Shown: positions 38,141 to 50,889 of the stretch, piece after piece | Position numbering within the stretch: position 1 is the first letter of the stretch | Layout of the letters: every line of letters begins with the position of its first letter | From: Eledone cirrhosa | Taxonomy: Eukaryota | Assembly: GCA_964016885.1 (NCBI GenBank) | Contig: OZ024744.1 | Span: 54,746,001-54,810,000 of the forward strand | Direction: 5' to 3' | Length of the DNA stretch: 64,000 nt | Made by a program: the position numbers and the translations under genes | Notes under the pieces: model-generated | What the model saw: only the letters and a program-made list of their open reading frames with translations | Told to the model about the DNA's origin: nothing | Database searches by the model: none

Positions 38141-38747
38141 CATTATTTTTTTTTTTTTCCCAAAGATAGAAGAACGCATATCTATATTTTCCAAACAACC
38201 CCTCCCTCACCCCACCACCCACTATGAAAAAATCATATAATAAATTTATATTAAACTCTCTGCGGAACGAAGAATTGTTTTGTGGAACCTACTTTCATAA
38301 AAACATGGCTCCAGGGCATTCAGTCATGAGACCTAACTTTTTATTAACTTCATCTCTCTCTCCCCTCTCTCTCTCTCTAGCTCTCTCTCCCTCTCCATCT
38401 CTGCCCCTCCCCCTCTCTTTTCCCATCTCTTTCCATCTCTCCCTCTCACTCTTTCCCTGTCTATCTATCTATCTATATATCTCTTGTTACTACTTCATTT
38501 TGAAAATTATTTTGCCCTTCTTCATACCTTGTACTACAACATTAACCCATCTATCCATATATGGTTTTAAATAAAAACACTGTCTATAAAGTGTTGGTAG
38601 TTGAACTCATATTGATATGACTTTCACATTAATTTGATAATAAGGAACAAAAGTGTTAAGAGAAATTAGATGATTTACATGAGCAACGTATGGATAGATA
38701 GATAACTTTTTTTTTTTGCCACAGGGGTAGATAGATAGATAGGTATG

Positions 38748-39366
38748 TTTCTTTGTTAGCCACAGGGGCACAAAAGAAGGGGACAAATACAAAGGGGGAA
38801 GTTTACATACAATAAAAACGTGTAAAAAGCTATCACAAATGTAATTTAAAAATTAATCGATTTTCCCCAATAGGGGGAGACATTTCATATGGGTAACACA
38901 TACCCCCGAAAAAATGTGCAGCCCTCATCTCCAGGGGTACGAAGAATTTGTACCCCTTTCCTCTCCTCCACTTTTTCCTCAACCTACAGGCTGATATAGA
39001 GAGAAGGCCCATTCACTCGGGCCATTCTCGCCACTTTCACCCACCTTTCATAAAACTTGCTGGGGTACAGCACCTCTCTCTCCATCCTGATTCTTCTTCC
39101 AAAGTGGTATTTGAAAAAAAGAATCAGTTGTTGGCCGGAGAGAAAGGTGTCTGACCTCAGCTCTTTTAACCTTGTCCACCATACAACCTCTTTCACCATA
39201 GCTATCACACAAAGGAAAACCGCCTCTCCTTCGTTTTTGAAGGAGGGTGGCGGTTTGATCATGACAATGGACTCGGTGGTCAACCGGATTGGTCCCACCC
39301 GCGACAATAGTCGTTCTACATAGCCCCACAGGTCGGTAACGCCCGGGCAGTGTATGAATGCGTGCG
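38748..39366 (-). mobile_element. L1/Tx1-clade LINE copy A (5'-truncated)
   Basis: HAFIHCPGVTDLWGYVERLLSRVG..VKEVVWWTR; 3' end adjoins (TCTA)n. Confidence 0.88.
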
Positions 39367-39434
39367 TAGATAGATAGATAGCTAGGTAGGTATGTAGATA
39401 GAGAGGGAGGGAGAGAGATTGATAGATAGATAGA

Positions 39435-41073
39435 TTTCTTTATTTGTCACAAGGGCGCACAAGAAAAGGGGACAATACAAAGACATATGCCGGCGATTTT
39501 ACATACAGTCGTGTAAAAATATTATTAAAACAAGCAAATTTAACAATCGAAATCCCCAAAGGGGGGGGGGGGGGGGGTGACGCCACAAATTGGTTGTTTA
39601 ATACCCCGTCGATAGAACAACCCTCAACTCCCCAGGAGCGTGTTGTGCAAGTGCTCCTTTCTTCCTTTTGCTCTCCTCTTCAACCTATAGGTTTATATAC
39701 AAAGAAGGCCCAATCACTCGGGCCAATTTTGCCACATTCACCCACCTTTCAGTAAATTTACTGGGGTGCAGTGCCTCTCTCTCCACTCTGATTCTCCTTC
39801 TAAAGTGGTATTTAAAGAAGGGAATGAGTTGTTGTCTGGAGAGAAAGGCATCTGTCCTCAGTCCTCTCAACCTCGTCCACCATATAACCTCTTTCACCAT
39901 AGCCACTATACAGAGGAAAACCGCCTCTCTTTCGTTTTTGAAAGAGGCTGGCGGTTTGATCCTTACTATGGACTCAGCAGTCAACTGGATTTGTCCCATA
40001 TGCGACAGCAGTTGTTCTGCATAGTTCCACAGGTCGGTTACGCCCGGGCAGTGTACAATTGCGTGCAGGACCGTTTCAATGTCCTGCGCGGATCTTGGAC
40101 ACATCCTCTTGGAAAGATCCCTGCCGGGGCGTCCGTGCCTGTAGATCTTGTCACGAACTGGTAGAGCTCCTCGGTAGCACTGCCAGGCCAGGGACCTCTG
40201 GAAGTTGTCCATAGGTCCCGCCGGAAAGTCCTACCAAACAAACTGGTGAGCTCGTCGTCTTCGACGCCTTGAGTCTCTCCGAGCATGTCGTTGCCCCTGT
40301 GACGTACTAACCCTCTATAGAATGTCGAAGTGGAGTCTCCACTGATTGCCGTGCCCGCTTGACAGAGGACTGTGAGCGCCTGAGCGCATTCAATGTGCCA
40401 GGCGCCCATCTTCTTCGGTCTTCGCTTGAAACAGGACTGCAGCTCCGTCAGCGAGAGAAGTTGCGGGAAGGCCTGTCTCACAAACAGTGCCCACATCGGT
40501 TGGTCGGTGAGGAATACCTGGAGATGCCGTAGCCTCAGCGCATGTTTGCGCATCATCAGCCACGGCATTCCCAGCCCTCCGTTGAAAGGGTTCTGACAGC
40601 AGACGGATCTCCTCACCAGTGCATCCTGCTTCTTCCAAAGGAACTGGAAGAGCATGTGTTCCATCTTGGTGAGGTGTTCACGGGGACAAGGCATGACGCT
40701 CAAGCGGTAGTAGATGATGGACGCTATGAAAGTGTTCGCCACCTCCGCTCGACCTTTCAAGGATAGTTTGCACTCGGCCCACTTCTGGGTGAGCGCAAAT
40801 ACCTTAGCCGTGACCTCGTTCCAGTTTTTCTCCCGATGGAGGTATAGGACCGAACAAGATCGCGAGCAATTTCACCGGTCCGTCCGTCCAGCGCATGGCA
40901 TCGGTTTGCCTCTCAACGTTCCGATTTGCAAACCGACAGACTTGTCCGGGTTCAGTTTTGCCCCTGTGAGACTTTCGTATTCATGCAGTAAGTTGCCGAT
41001 CGCCCGATTTCGGAGGTTGTCGTGTATGGACCTGGTCGGGATTGCACACGTTTGCGCTTTCCCGACAAGCGCC
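39435..41073 (-). mobile_element. L1/Tx1-clade LINE copy B (RT remnant with internal deletion + C-terminal zinc knuckle)
   Basis: RSIHDNL / YESLTGAKLNPDKS / LSLKGRAEVANTFIASIIYY / FQFLW / GGLGMP / CPRSAQDIETVLHAIVHC. Confidence 0.92.
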
Positions 41074-41142
41074 ATAGATAGATAGATAGGTAGATAGATA
41101 GAGAGAGAGGAAGAGATATCGTTAGATGGATAGATAGATAAA

Positions 41143-41834
41143 TTTCTTTATTTGCCACAAGGGCGCACAAGAAAAGGGGACAATACAAAGACACATGCCT
41201 TGGATTTTACATAGTCGTGTAAAAATATTGAAACAAACAATTATAACAATCGAAATCCCCAATAGGGGGGAAGCGCCACAAATGGGTTGTTTAATACTCC
41301 GTCGATAGAACAACCCTCAACTTCAGGAGGAGCGTGTTGTGCAAGTGCTCTCCTTTTGCTCTCTTCTTTAACCTATAGGCTTGTAAACAGAGAAGGCCCA
41401 ATCACTCGGGCCATTTTCGCTTCATTCACCCACCTTTCAGTAAATTTATTGAGGTGCAGTGCTTCTCTCTCCACTCTGATTCTCCTTCTCAAGATAGATA
41501 GAGAGATAGATTTCTTTATTTGCCATAAGGGCGCACAATAAAAGGGGGCAATACAAAGACACATGCTGGCGATTTTACATACAATCGTGTAAAAATATTA
41601 TTAAAGCAAATTTAACAATCGAAATCCCCAAACGGGGGGGGGGGGGGGGGCGTTACAAACGGGTTGTTTAATACCCCGTCGATAGAACAACCCTCAACTT
41701 CAGGAGCGTGTTGTGCAAGTACTCCTTTCTTCCTTTTGCTCTCTTCTTTAACCTACGGGCTTATAAACAGGTCGGTTACGCCCGGGCAGTATACAATTGC
41801 GTGCAATGTCCTGCTCGCATCTTGGACACGTCCT
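41143..41834 (-). mobile_element. L1/Tx1-clade LINE copies C (41143-41489) and D (41511-41834)
   Basis: Same 3'UTR as copy B (TTTCTTTATTTGCCA.AAGGGCGCACAA on plus), separated and flanked by (TAGA)n. Confidence 0.9.
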
Positions 41835-42324
41835 ATAGATAGATAGGTAGATAGAATGAATCAACAGAATGTGAGTGTGTGTCTGAGAAACATATACTTA
41901 TATATCAGATCCAAACACAAAGGAACCTGTCCCTGCTTCCGTCTCTCCCGCTCTCCCCCATCTCTCACTATCATGAGCAAATGGGAGCCCACGCACTGGC
42001 CATCCCACGGAATAGCTATTTAATATTTCCTTATAGCTTTTATAACCTAACCCTCTATTTTATTTTAAATTTCTTCTTCTTCTTCTTCTTCTTCTTCTTC
42101 TTCTTCTTCTTCTTCTTCTTCTTCTTCTTCTTCTTCTTCTTCTTCTTCTTCCCCCCCCTCCCCCTCCCCCTCCACCACCACCTCTTCCCCCTCCTCCCTC
42201 TTATTCGGGGGGGGGGGGGGGGCAGAGCCCTCAAGCTCTCCTTCCAGCAGGTCTTGTCAGAAGATTTCTTTCTTTCTATATTTTTTTTATTTATTTATCG
42301 TTTATTATTATTTATTTATTTAAG

Positions 42325-42510
42325 AGGCCATGGATTGTCAGTATTGGTAGAGCATCGAACAACATGCTTTGCAGTATGGAGTTACAGCCCTTTACATTCT
42401 GAGTTCAAATCCTCCAGAGATTACCTTTGCCCTACATCCTTTCAGAGTTCGATAAAATAAAGTACTACAAATATTGTTGGCCTTGTGCCTAAATCAGAAA
42501 CCATTATACA
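42325..42510 (+). mobile_element. SINE family 2, degenerate
   Basis: GGATTGTCAGTATTGGTAGAG..CTGAGTTCAAATCC..GATAAAATAAAGTAC. Confidence 0.7.
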
Positions 42511-42619
42511 GAGTGAAACTGCATATATTCATGCACATGTGTGGCTTTTCATGAGCTCATTAGATGCATCATTCAATGTCTGGCAGCCAACATGGAAGCT
42601 GCTGTACTATTTACTCTTT

Positions 42620-43310
42620 GCATTTTCATTTTCCCTAATATTGCTAACAATGATGTTAAGTTTAATAGTACTGAGATAACTGGAAATGAGATGTGGGTGT
42701 TTTGTCTAAAACCCAGAAACCAAAGCTCATTCATCTTAATTGAAGCACCACAGTCATCAAATCCCCCTAAAAGTCAGGTGTGGAATAAAAAGGTGATACT
42801 GACTGTTTTCTTCAACTATTGAGGCATTGTGCATCATAAATACACACCAGAATGACAAATAGATACAAAGGTGTACTATCAGGAGATCCTCCAAAGTCCT
42901 TGTGATGCATTTCAATGCAAGAGACTGGATTTGTGGCCTCACAAAACTGGCAGCTGCATCATGGTAATACCCCCAGCTTATTTGTTGCAGCTAATTCAGG
43001 GTTTCTTTGCAAAGAAAGGCATCTCACTAATTTTCTAGGCTCCTTACTTTGTAAATGTAGTTCCTTCTGATTTCTGGTTGTTCCTAAAAGTAAAGATGTC
43101 ATGGAAAGAAATGCTTTGAGAGCTAAGATGTCATTCCAGAAGAAGTATTTCAGATGTGCTTTGAGCAGTGGAAGTGTCGTTGAGCTAACTGTGTAGAGGT
43201 ACAAGGATCCTACTTTAAAGTTGATTGATTAGTAATTAAACTCCACCAAGTATATAATTATCTTATCCCAGCCTAAGGTCAGATACTACTTTTCCGATAG
43301 ACCTCATTTA
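42620..43310 (+). mobile_element. Degenerate mariner transposase 3' half with right TIR
   Basis: Decayed ITGNEMWV, KVILTVFFNY*GIVHH, WQLHHGNTP, FWLFLK, W..R*..CVEVQGSYF; ends ...TAGACCTCATTTA. Confidence 0.8.
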
Positions 43311-44189
43311 CTATATGGCAAAAATAGAGTGATACCTTGTTTTACTTAATTATATCCCTAGATTTTCTCAGTTCAAATCCCACTTGCGTTGACTCAGCTA
43401 CTTATCTATCTACAGTCCATAAAATAAACACCAGTCATTTACTGAATTTGATGATGATTTAATTGCCCCTCCCCCTCCCTCCCCCCACACACACACGCTG
43501 GTGAATTAGCAGAGTTGTTAGAGAATCAGATTAAATGGATGTGGTATTTGTTCCAGCTCTCTGAGTTCAAATCTTGCTGAGGTCAACTTTGCCTTTCATC
43601 CTTTCAGAGTCAATGGTAATGCATAAGTAGAATTGTTAGGGCATTGGACAGGAAGCTTTGCAATATCTCTTCCAGCTCTCAGCAATTTAAATTCAAATGC
43701 TGTCACCTAAATTTAGAAATGGCTTTTAAGCCATTTACTAAATTTAATATTATCACAATTCTTTCAACAATTGCCTCAAAATTCAATTCAAATACCTTGA
43801 TGACATCTGAGCTGGGTAAACAGAGGTATAGTGTAACTACTATTTTTCTATTTCTACCTTCAATCTCTGACTTCTTCCTAGAAATAAAGGATGAATTTAT
43901 TGTACACAAAGGACATTAAACTTCTAGAATGTACCATTAAAACTGACCTAAAGCTAACCTATCAGGAACATACAGCTGCTGATTTCTGCTGCTATCCATT
44001 TCTCTGTTTCTCTACCATTCCTGCTTTCAGTCAAGAGAGAGACACTGTTACGGTTTCTCTAATGTGAAAAAGAATTTTAGACATTGATTCATTGAAGAAA
44101 GTCTTTTAAGATTGAACATTTTGAATAAAAACTATGTTTTGTTTCATCATACTCATTGTCTGGGTTTTAAAATCATTTCCCCATTTAAT

Positions 44190-45690
44190 ATCATCATCAT
44201 TTTACGTCTGCTTTTCCCTGCTTGCAAGAGTGGGACGGGTTTTATTCAGCACAGCATCTCTCCACTTGTCACGGTTCTTCGTCATCTCCACCGTGAGCTT
44301 CAGCGATCTCAGGTCTGCTCACACCACCTCCGCCCATGTTTTTCGTAGTCTTCCTCTACTATGTCTTCCTTCAACTGGTATTTCTTGGCACTTCTTTACC
44401 CATCGGTCATCCTCGATGTCCATAACATCACAGTCTCCTCTCCCGCACACTACAAGTTTTTCTCTCAACACATTCATGCTGGGTTGTTCACGCACATTGG
44501 CATTGCACATCCAACAGAGCATGCTTGCTTCATTTCTCTCCAGCCATCGCATAATCTCTGTAGTTGCTACCCATGTCTCACTACCATGCAGCATCACGCA
44601 CCTTACACAGGCATCATATGCAGGGAGAAACCCTTTCATATGCAGGGAGAAACCCTTCTTTATCAGCAGAGGAAGCAGTTCCATAAACTTCTTCCAACCC
44701 GTCCTTATTCTAGATACTATGGCCTCAGAACACTCCCCTCCCATGCTAATCTGATCACCTAGGTACCGGAAGCTATCAACCACTTCTATAGAACCCACCT
44801 GCATTTGAAAAATGTGTCTATCAATGCATCTTCTACTGTCTAATTTCCCTGTACATCTACTGCATACGTACTTCTCCTTACCTGTTAGTTTACCTGCTAT
44901 CCCACTACATTTCTTGTGTACCCAAGTGTATCTTGTGTATCTGCATTGGGTACATTTTATAAAATTTATGCCAGTTCCTTTTCTGCATATCGAACATGGC
45001 TATTTCCCTGACGGAATCAAAGTTTTGTCCTCTTTTCTACTCATCAACACTTTTGTCTTAGCTAGGTTCACTCTCAGTCCTCTTAATTCCAACTGTTCTT
45101 TTCATAGCCAGAATTTATTCTCTAGCTCCTCTACTGATTCTGCTATAAGAACCAGATCGTCAGCATAGAGAAGTTCCCAAGGACAGCCAGTCTTAAACTC
45201 CTCTGTTATGGCTTGGAGGACTATAATGAACAAGAGCGGGCTGAGGACCGAACCCTGATGTACTCTTACTTGTATTTGGAATTCCTCACTAAACTCCATT
45301 CCTACCCTCACTTTACTGACAGCACCTCTGTACAAAGCTTGCACTGTCCTCACAAACCATTCTTCAACACCTAGTTTCCTTAGGGACCACCAGATGACAG
45401 ATCGGGGTACTCTATCAAAGGCCTTCTCTAAGTCAACAAAAGCTAAGTATAGTGGCTTATTCTTCTCTAAGAACCTCTCTTGTAGTTGTCTCACTAAGAA
45501 GAAGGCATCTGTTGTACTTTTCCCAGGCACAAAACCAAACTGCATCTCATCTAATTTGACCCTTTCTCTAATTAGTTGCACTAATATCCTTTCTGCCACT
45601 TTCATAACCTGATCCATCAGTTTTATGCCCCTATAATTGTTCCTCTCCATGGCATCCCCTTTTCCTTTGTAGCAATTTATGAGAATACTC
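44190..45690 (-). mobile_element. RTE LINE family B, RT to 3' end
   Basis: ORF 45102-45818 NYRGIKL..QFGF..FVDLEKAFDRV..VHQGSVLSP..LLYADDLVL; PHD-like GKYPCSIC..KCTQC..WVHKKC..VCSRC; ORF 44319-44804; (GAT)n tail. Confidence 0.95.
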
Positions 45691-46831
45691 TGCAGAAATT
45701 CCATTTTATGTCCCAAATGCAAAGTATGGGTGCATAAAAGATGTAGTGGGATCACAGACAAGCTATCTAAGAACATAGTTTTTATATGTGGCCGATACTC
45801 AGGTGCAATAAGTAGCAAGTGCCCACAGAATATTAGCTCCTTCTATTGCCCAGATGGTTCTATAGAAATAGTGGACACCTTCCGTTACCTGGGTGACAAA
45901 ATCAGCAGTGGTGGGGGTGTTCTGAAAGTACAGTAGCCAGAGTCAGAACAGGATGAAAAAGTTCAGAGAGCTTATACCGCTGTTGGCCACAAAAGGGTTC
46001 TCTCTAAAAATGAAAGGCAGATTGTATGATGCCTGTATACGAACAGCAATGTTACATGGCAGGGAGATATGGGCATTGTGTGCGCAAACTGGAAAGGAAC
46101 GAAGCATGCATGCTCCGTTGGATGTGTAATAGTAATATACGTGAACGGCAAAGCATAAATGAACTAAGTGAGAAATTAGGTATAAGAGGGATCAGATGCT
46201 GTTTACTTGAGAGAAAACTATGTTGATATGGTCACGTGATGTGCATGAAAGATGACAGCTGTATAAAAAAGTGCAGGGCGATCAAAATTGATGGAAGTTA
46301 TGGAGTAGGCAGACACAGAAAAACGTGGGACGATTTGATAATTTCCAACCTTACACACTTCCACCTCTCCAAGACAATGTCACTGGACCGAGATCTTTGG
46401 TGCTACACAGTAATAGAGAAGACCTCCCTTACCTATGTACAAAGCAAAATCTACAGTCAGTAGGCACCTCTTAATCAAATATACACCCCCCTCCCACTAC
46501 CCCAACTCCACCCCACCCCCCCATCAACACCACCCCTTTCTCTGTAAAGTTATGTTGGTACCACAACATCCAGTCAGAAACAAATGAGGTCGTGTAGGTG
46601 TCACGACAAAAAAACACAGTCCACGCTGTAATGTGGCCATGTAGGTAACACGGTAAAAACCTCCCAGTCCACACTGTAAACGTGGTTGGTTTTAGGAAGG
46701 GCATCCAGCCGTAGACAACCCGCCAGACAGTCCTATACGAATGAGACGACCAATCTTGCCTCAAGTGGGACAATTCCCGTCTAAACCCATGCTAGCGTGG
46801 AAGATGGACGTTAAACGATGATGATGATGAT
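45691..46831 (+). mobile_element. RTE LINE family A, 5'-truncated inside the PHD finger
   Basis: Highly similar to 2112-3409 but with a single 3'UTR unit; (GAT)n tail. Confidence 0.95.
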
Positions 46832-46920
46832 ATATATAATTAGTGTTGAATGATTTCATCAAACAGATAAAGGAAACAGCACCTTATGCAAATTCCAGAG
46901 CTAGAATATTATTATAGTAT

Positions 46921-47500
46921 ATCATCATCACCGTTTTACGTCCGTTCTTCCACGCTAGCATGGGTTAGACGGGTTGTCCTGTTGTGGGCAGTGTCTGGTC
47001 GGCTGACCATGCCTTGCTCATACAGGAACTGATCTGGCTTGATTTCTACAGCTGGATGCCCTTCCTAACACCAACCTCATTTACAGTGAGTGCTGGGTGC
47101 TTTTTCGTGGCGCCTACACGTCCACTTTACAGTGTGGGCTGGGTGCTTTTTTGCCGTGGCACCTCCACGACCACCTTGCGGTGGGGGGGGGGGGGGCATA
47201 TTGTTTATATGCTTCAGCATGTACCCATGTATAGTTATCTTCAAAACATTTTTGTTGCAGATAACTATACTACAATATATATATATATATATCATCATCA
47301 TCATCAGCAGCAGCATCATTTAACATCCATTTTCCACACTAGCATGTGTTAGATGGGTTGCCCTATTAGAGGCAAGTTGGGTCAGCTGACCATGCCTTAC
47401 CCCCACAGAACTGTTTCTGGTTTGGTTTCAATAGCTAGATGCCCTTCCTAACACCAACCACATTTACAGTGTGGGCTGGGTGCTTTTTGTTGTGATACCA
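46921..47500 (-). mobile_element. Two SINE1/RTE-A tail fragments (46921-47182, 47291-47500)
   Basis: Reverse complement of the 48370-48638 region. Confidence 0.82.
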
Positions 47501-47803
47501 ACACACACACACACATACACACACATATATATATATATGTGTGTGTGTGTATATAAATATATATATATGTGTGTGTCTGTGTGTGTAAATTAGAAATGCT
47601 GAAATCCAAACACAGAATCGGTGATAACAATATCAGAAAACCAGAGACAGAAAATAAATGACCAGCAATCACAACAGAGAATTGAACTCTGTACCACTTT
47701 ATTTCTGGCCAAGTGTGTTTGTTGCCTTTATATGCATCAAGTGGCAGCTAACAACTGATTTTATCCAAATTAGGGACTATGTATATATATATATATATTA
47801 TCA

Positions 47804-47974
47804 GAAATGTAAGCTATCGCTGTATTTTGACTAAAGAAATTAAAGAAATTATTTAGCCTGATAGTGGGGTTAAGAACCCTTGGAGAAATGGAAAAAAGAT
47901 GAGTATTGACGTAGATGTACGTCAATAATTTCTTTAATTTCTTTAGTCAGAATACGGCGATAGCTTACATTTCT
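47804..47974. repeat. ~50-bp inverted repeat inside a (TA)n field (probable inverted pseudo-LTR end)
   Basis: AGAAATGTAAGCTATCGCTGTATTTTGACTAAAGAAATTAAAGAAATTAT / ATAATTTCTTTAATTTCTTTAGTCAGAATACGGCGATAGCTTACATTTCT. Confidence 0.85.
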
Positions 47975-48015
47975 AATCATTTCAAACCAACTCGCTGTTT
48001 CGAAAATATTCTTAC

Positions 48016-48055
<40 letters not shown>

Positions 48056-48085
48056 TTATACAACTTTAATCTGTTATTTTAATAA

Positions 48086-48167
<82 letters not shown>

Positions 48168-48195
48168 TACATATATACACATATATATACATATA

Positions 48196-48638
48196 AGTAA
48201 ACTGGAGTAATGTGAAATAAAGTGTCTTGCTCAAGGAAACAACACATCACCCAATACTCGGACCGGGTGATGTGTTGTTTCCTTAAGCAAGACACTTTAT
48301 TTCACATTGCTCCAGTTTACTCAGCTGTAGAAATAAGATGATAGGACTGGGGTCCCTATCGTTCCGCTGCAAAGTGGTTGTGGAGGTGCCACGGCAAAAA
48401 AGCACCCAGCCCACACTGTAAAGTGGACGTGGAGGCGCCACGGAAAAAAAAGCATCCAGCACTTCACTGTAAATGAGGTTGGTGTTAGGAAGCGCATCCA
48501 GCTGTAGAAATCAAGCCAGAATCAGTTCCCGTATGAGCAAGACAATGTCAGCCGACCAGACACTGCCCACAACAGGACAACCCGTCTAACCCATGCTAGC
48601 GTGGAAGAACGGACGTAAAATGGTGATGATGATGATGA
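48196..48638 (+). mobile_element. SINE family 1 lacking its tRNA head, preceded by an inverted copy of its CORE region; family-A tail
   Basis: 48196-48252 is the reverse complement of about 48265-48321. Confidence 0.88.
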
Positions 48639-49324
48639 TATAATAACTTTAGCAGCTATAGCCAGAAGTAAACAAATCATATGATTTATTGAAATGTTTG
48701 GATGATTTGGAAATTTGAAATGTTGAAATCAAAACAGAGATTTGCTTCAATGATTATAGCATTAGAAAATCAGGTAAAATTCCCTTAGGAATAACAAAAA
48801 ATAGATCCTGCTTCTCACTTTCTCTTTTTCTGTATATAACACCCACATATATATATACACACACATATTTACATATACATACACACAGACATATATATAC
48901 ACACACATACATATATACACACACATATATATACATGTGCATATATATATATATATCATCATTTAACGTCCACTTTCCATGCATATATATATATGTGTGT
49001 GTGTATACATAAATAAATATATATATACATATATATATATAGATATAAGATAAACACGGAACTGCCGACCATTAAAATGGCCAGAAACCCTCCTGTTAAA
49101 TGTGAACACATGGGAGGTCAGCTAAACATACACAGGTGCAAGCCATAACAATTACAACAACCTCCGCTTCTTCAAAAAATGTCTTCCTTTTTTACCAAAA
49201 TAAGAAATCAAAATTTTGATTTATCATACATTCCTGTCAGAAGTTGATTTCACCCTTTAAATATCAAGAATATTCTAGCTGCAGAATGGAATTCAATTGA
49301 CAAATATATAATTATAACTGAATG

Positions 49325-49670
49325 TGGACACAGCCTGACCAAATAGTTAAGAATTGTTAGGTATTGGGTCCACTGTATGATATCTTGAACAAGTGTCACT
49401 TACCATAGACTCAGATCAACTCATGCCATGTGAGAAAAATTGAAGACAGGAACTGTGTGGAAGCCTGTCAAATTGACTGTACCTGTAATTCAAAGGTCTA
49501 ATTTTGTCACACACTGTGTTACATTGAATCTTCCTGAGAATCATGTCAGTTAAAATGTCACTCAATGTGTCATGCTGAATCTTCCTGAGAATTACATTAA
49601 GGCTACACATGCCTGTGGAGTGCTCAGCCACTTACACATTAATTTCATGAACAACTGAAACGCTCGTCAA
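49325..49670 (+). mobile_element. SINE family 3, degenerate
   Basis: CAAGTGTC..CCATAG..GGAAGCC..GCTGAATCT.CCTGAGAATTAC shared with 53010-53250. Confidence 0.55.
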
Positions 49671-50054
49671 ATCCCATGGCGATCCATTCCTTCCTATATA
49701 TTGTGTATACATTTTTGTTTCATCCATTTTGTTTTTTCTCTTTGTCTGATTTACATGTAAACTCCCCACTTTCTCTATCATATCTCTGTAATGTCCACCT
49801 CATCTGTTGCCCTGCTGGCAAATATATGAAAGCAATATTATTCTTAATTTATGAAACATTGAGAAAATTTGAAAATATAGTCGCCAGAATGTGGATAACT
49901 ATAATAATAGTTGATTACTGATAGATAATAGTTGAATTAGTTTGATAAACTACTCCTGGATATGAAAACAGCAAATAGATACACCTGTGAAGTATGGTTC
50001 AATTCCTTACAGGCATCTCTATTCACTATTTTCTTAATATTATTAATGAACAAA

Positions 50055-50240
50055 GGGCAGTGGATTGGCAGTATCAGTAAAGGGTTGGACGCCATGCTTT
50101 GCAGCATAGAGTTTATTATCTGAGTCCAAATTACGCCGAGGTTAACTTTGCCTTTCATCCTTACGGGGTCGATAAAATAAAGCACTAGTAATGCACTGGG
50201 ATAATTGCTGGCCTTGTGCCAAAAAGTAGAAACAATTATT
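50055..50240 (+). mobile_element. SINE family 2, full-length
   Basis: GTGGATTGGCAGTATCAGTA..GCCTTTCATCCTTACGGGGTCGATAAAATAAAG..GTAGAAACAATTATT. Confidence 0.85.
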
Positions 50241-50541
50241 AATGAACATTTTCTTATTATTATTAAAGAACACAATATCCAGCTCGTTGCGCTGTATTTT
50301 CCTTTCTGTCTGTATGAAAAGTCCCATAGCTGTCTTACTTCCTTCCCTTCTAGAACTTTCATTTCTGTTCCCATAAAATTGCCATAACTCTTTTCTGTGT
50401 ATGCAAAACTGAATTTCTTGCAAAAATTCTGGTGAACTATTGCTGCTATTATATTTTATAGTGTTTATACTTCTTGTACTCATTTTAAGCTAACTGTAAG
50501 CTAACTGTAAGCAGTTGGTGGAAATTCCACTTTAGTGTAAT

Positions 50542-50878
50542 GGAGGCACATGGCTTAGTGGTTAGAGCATTGGCCTTGCAATCGAAAGGTTGTGAGTTCA
50601 ATTCTCAGACCGGGTGATGTGTTGTTTCCTTGAGCAAGGCACTTTATTTCACATTGCTCCAGTTTACTCAGCTGTAGAAATGAGATGATAGGGACTGGGC
50701 TCCCTATCATTCCACTGCAAAGTGGTCGTGGAGGTGCCACGGCAAAAAATCACCCAGCACTCACTGTAAATGAGGTTGGTGTTAGGAAGGGCATCCAGCT
50801 GTAGAAATCAAGCCAGAATCAGTTCCCGTCCCACCCTTGCAAGCAGGGAAAAGTGGACGTAAAAATGAAATGATGATG
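50542..50878 (+). mobile_element. SINE family 1 with RTE family-B tail
   Basis: Nearly identical to 17386-17720. Confidence 0.9.
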
Positions 50879-50889
50879 TTCTAAAGAGG

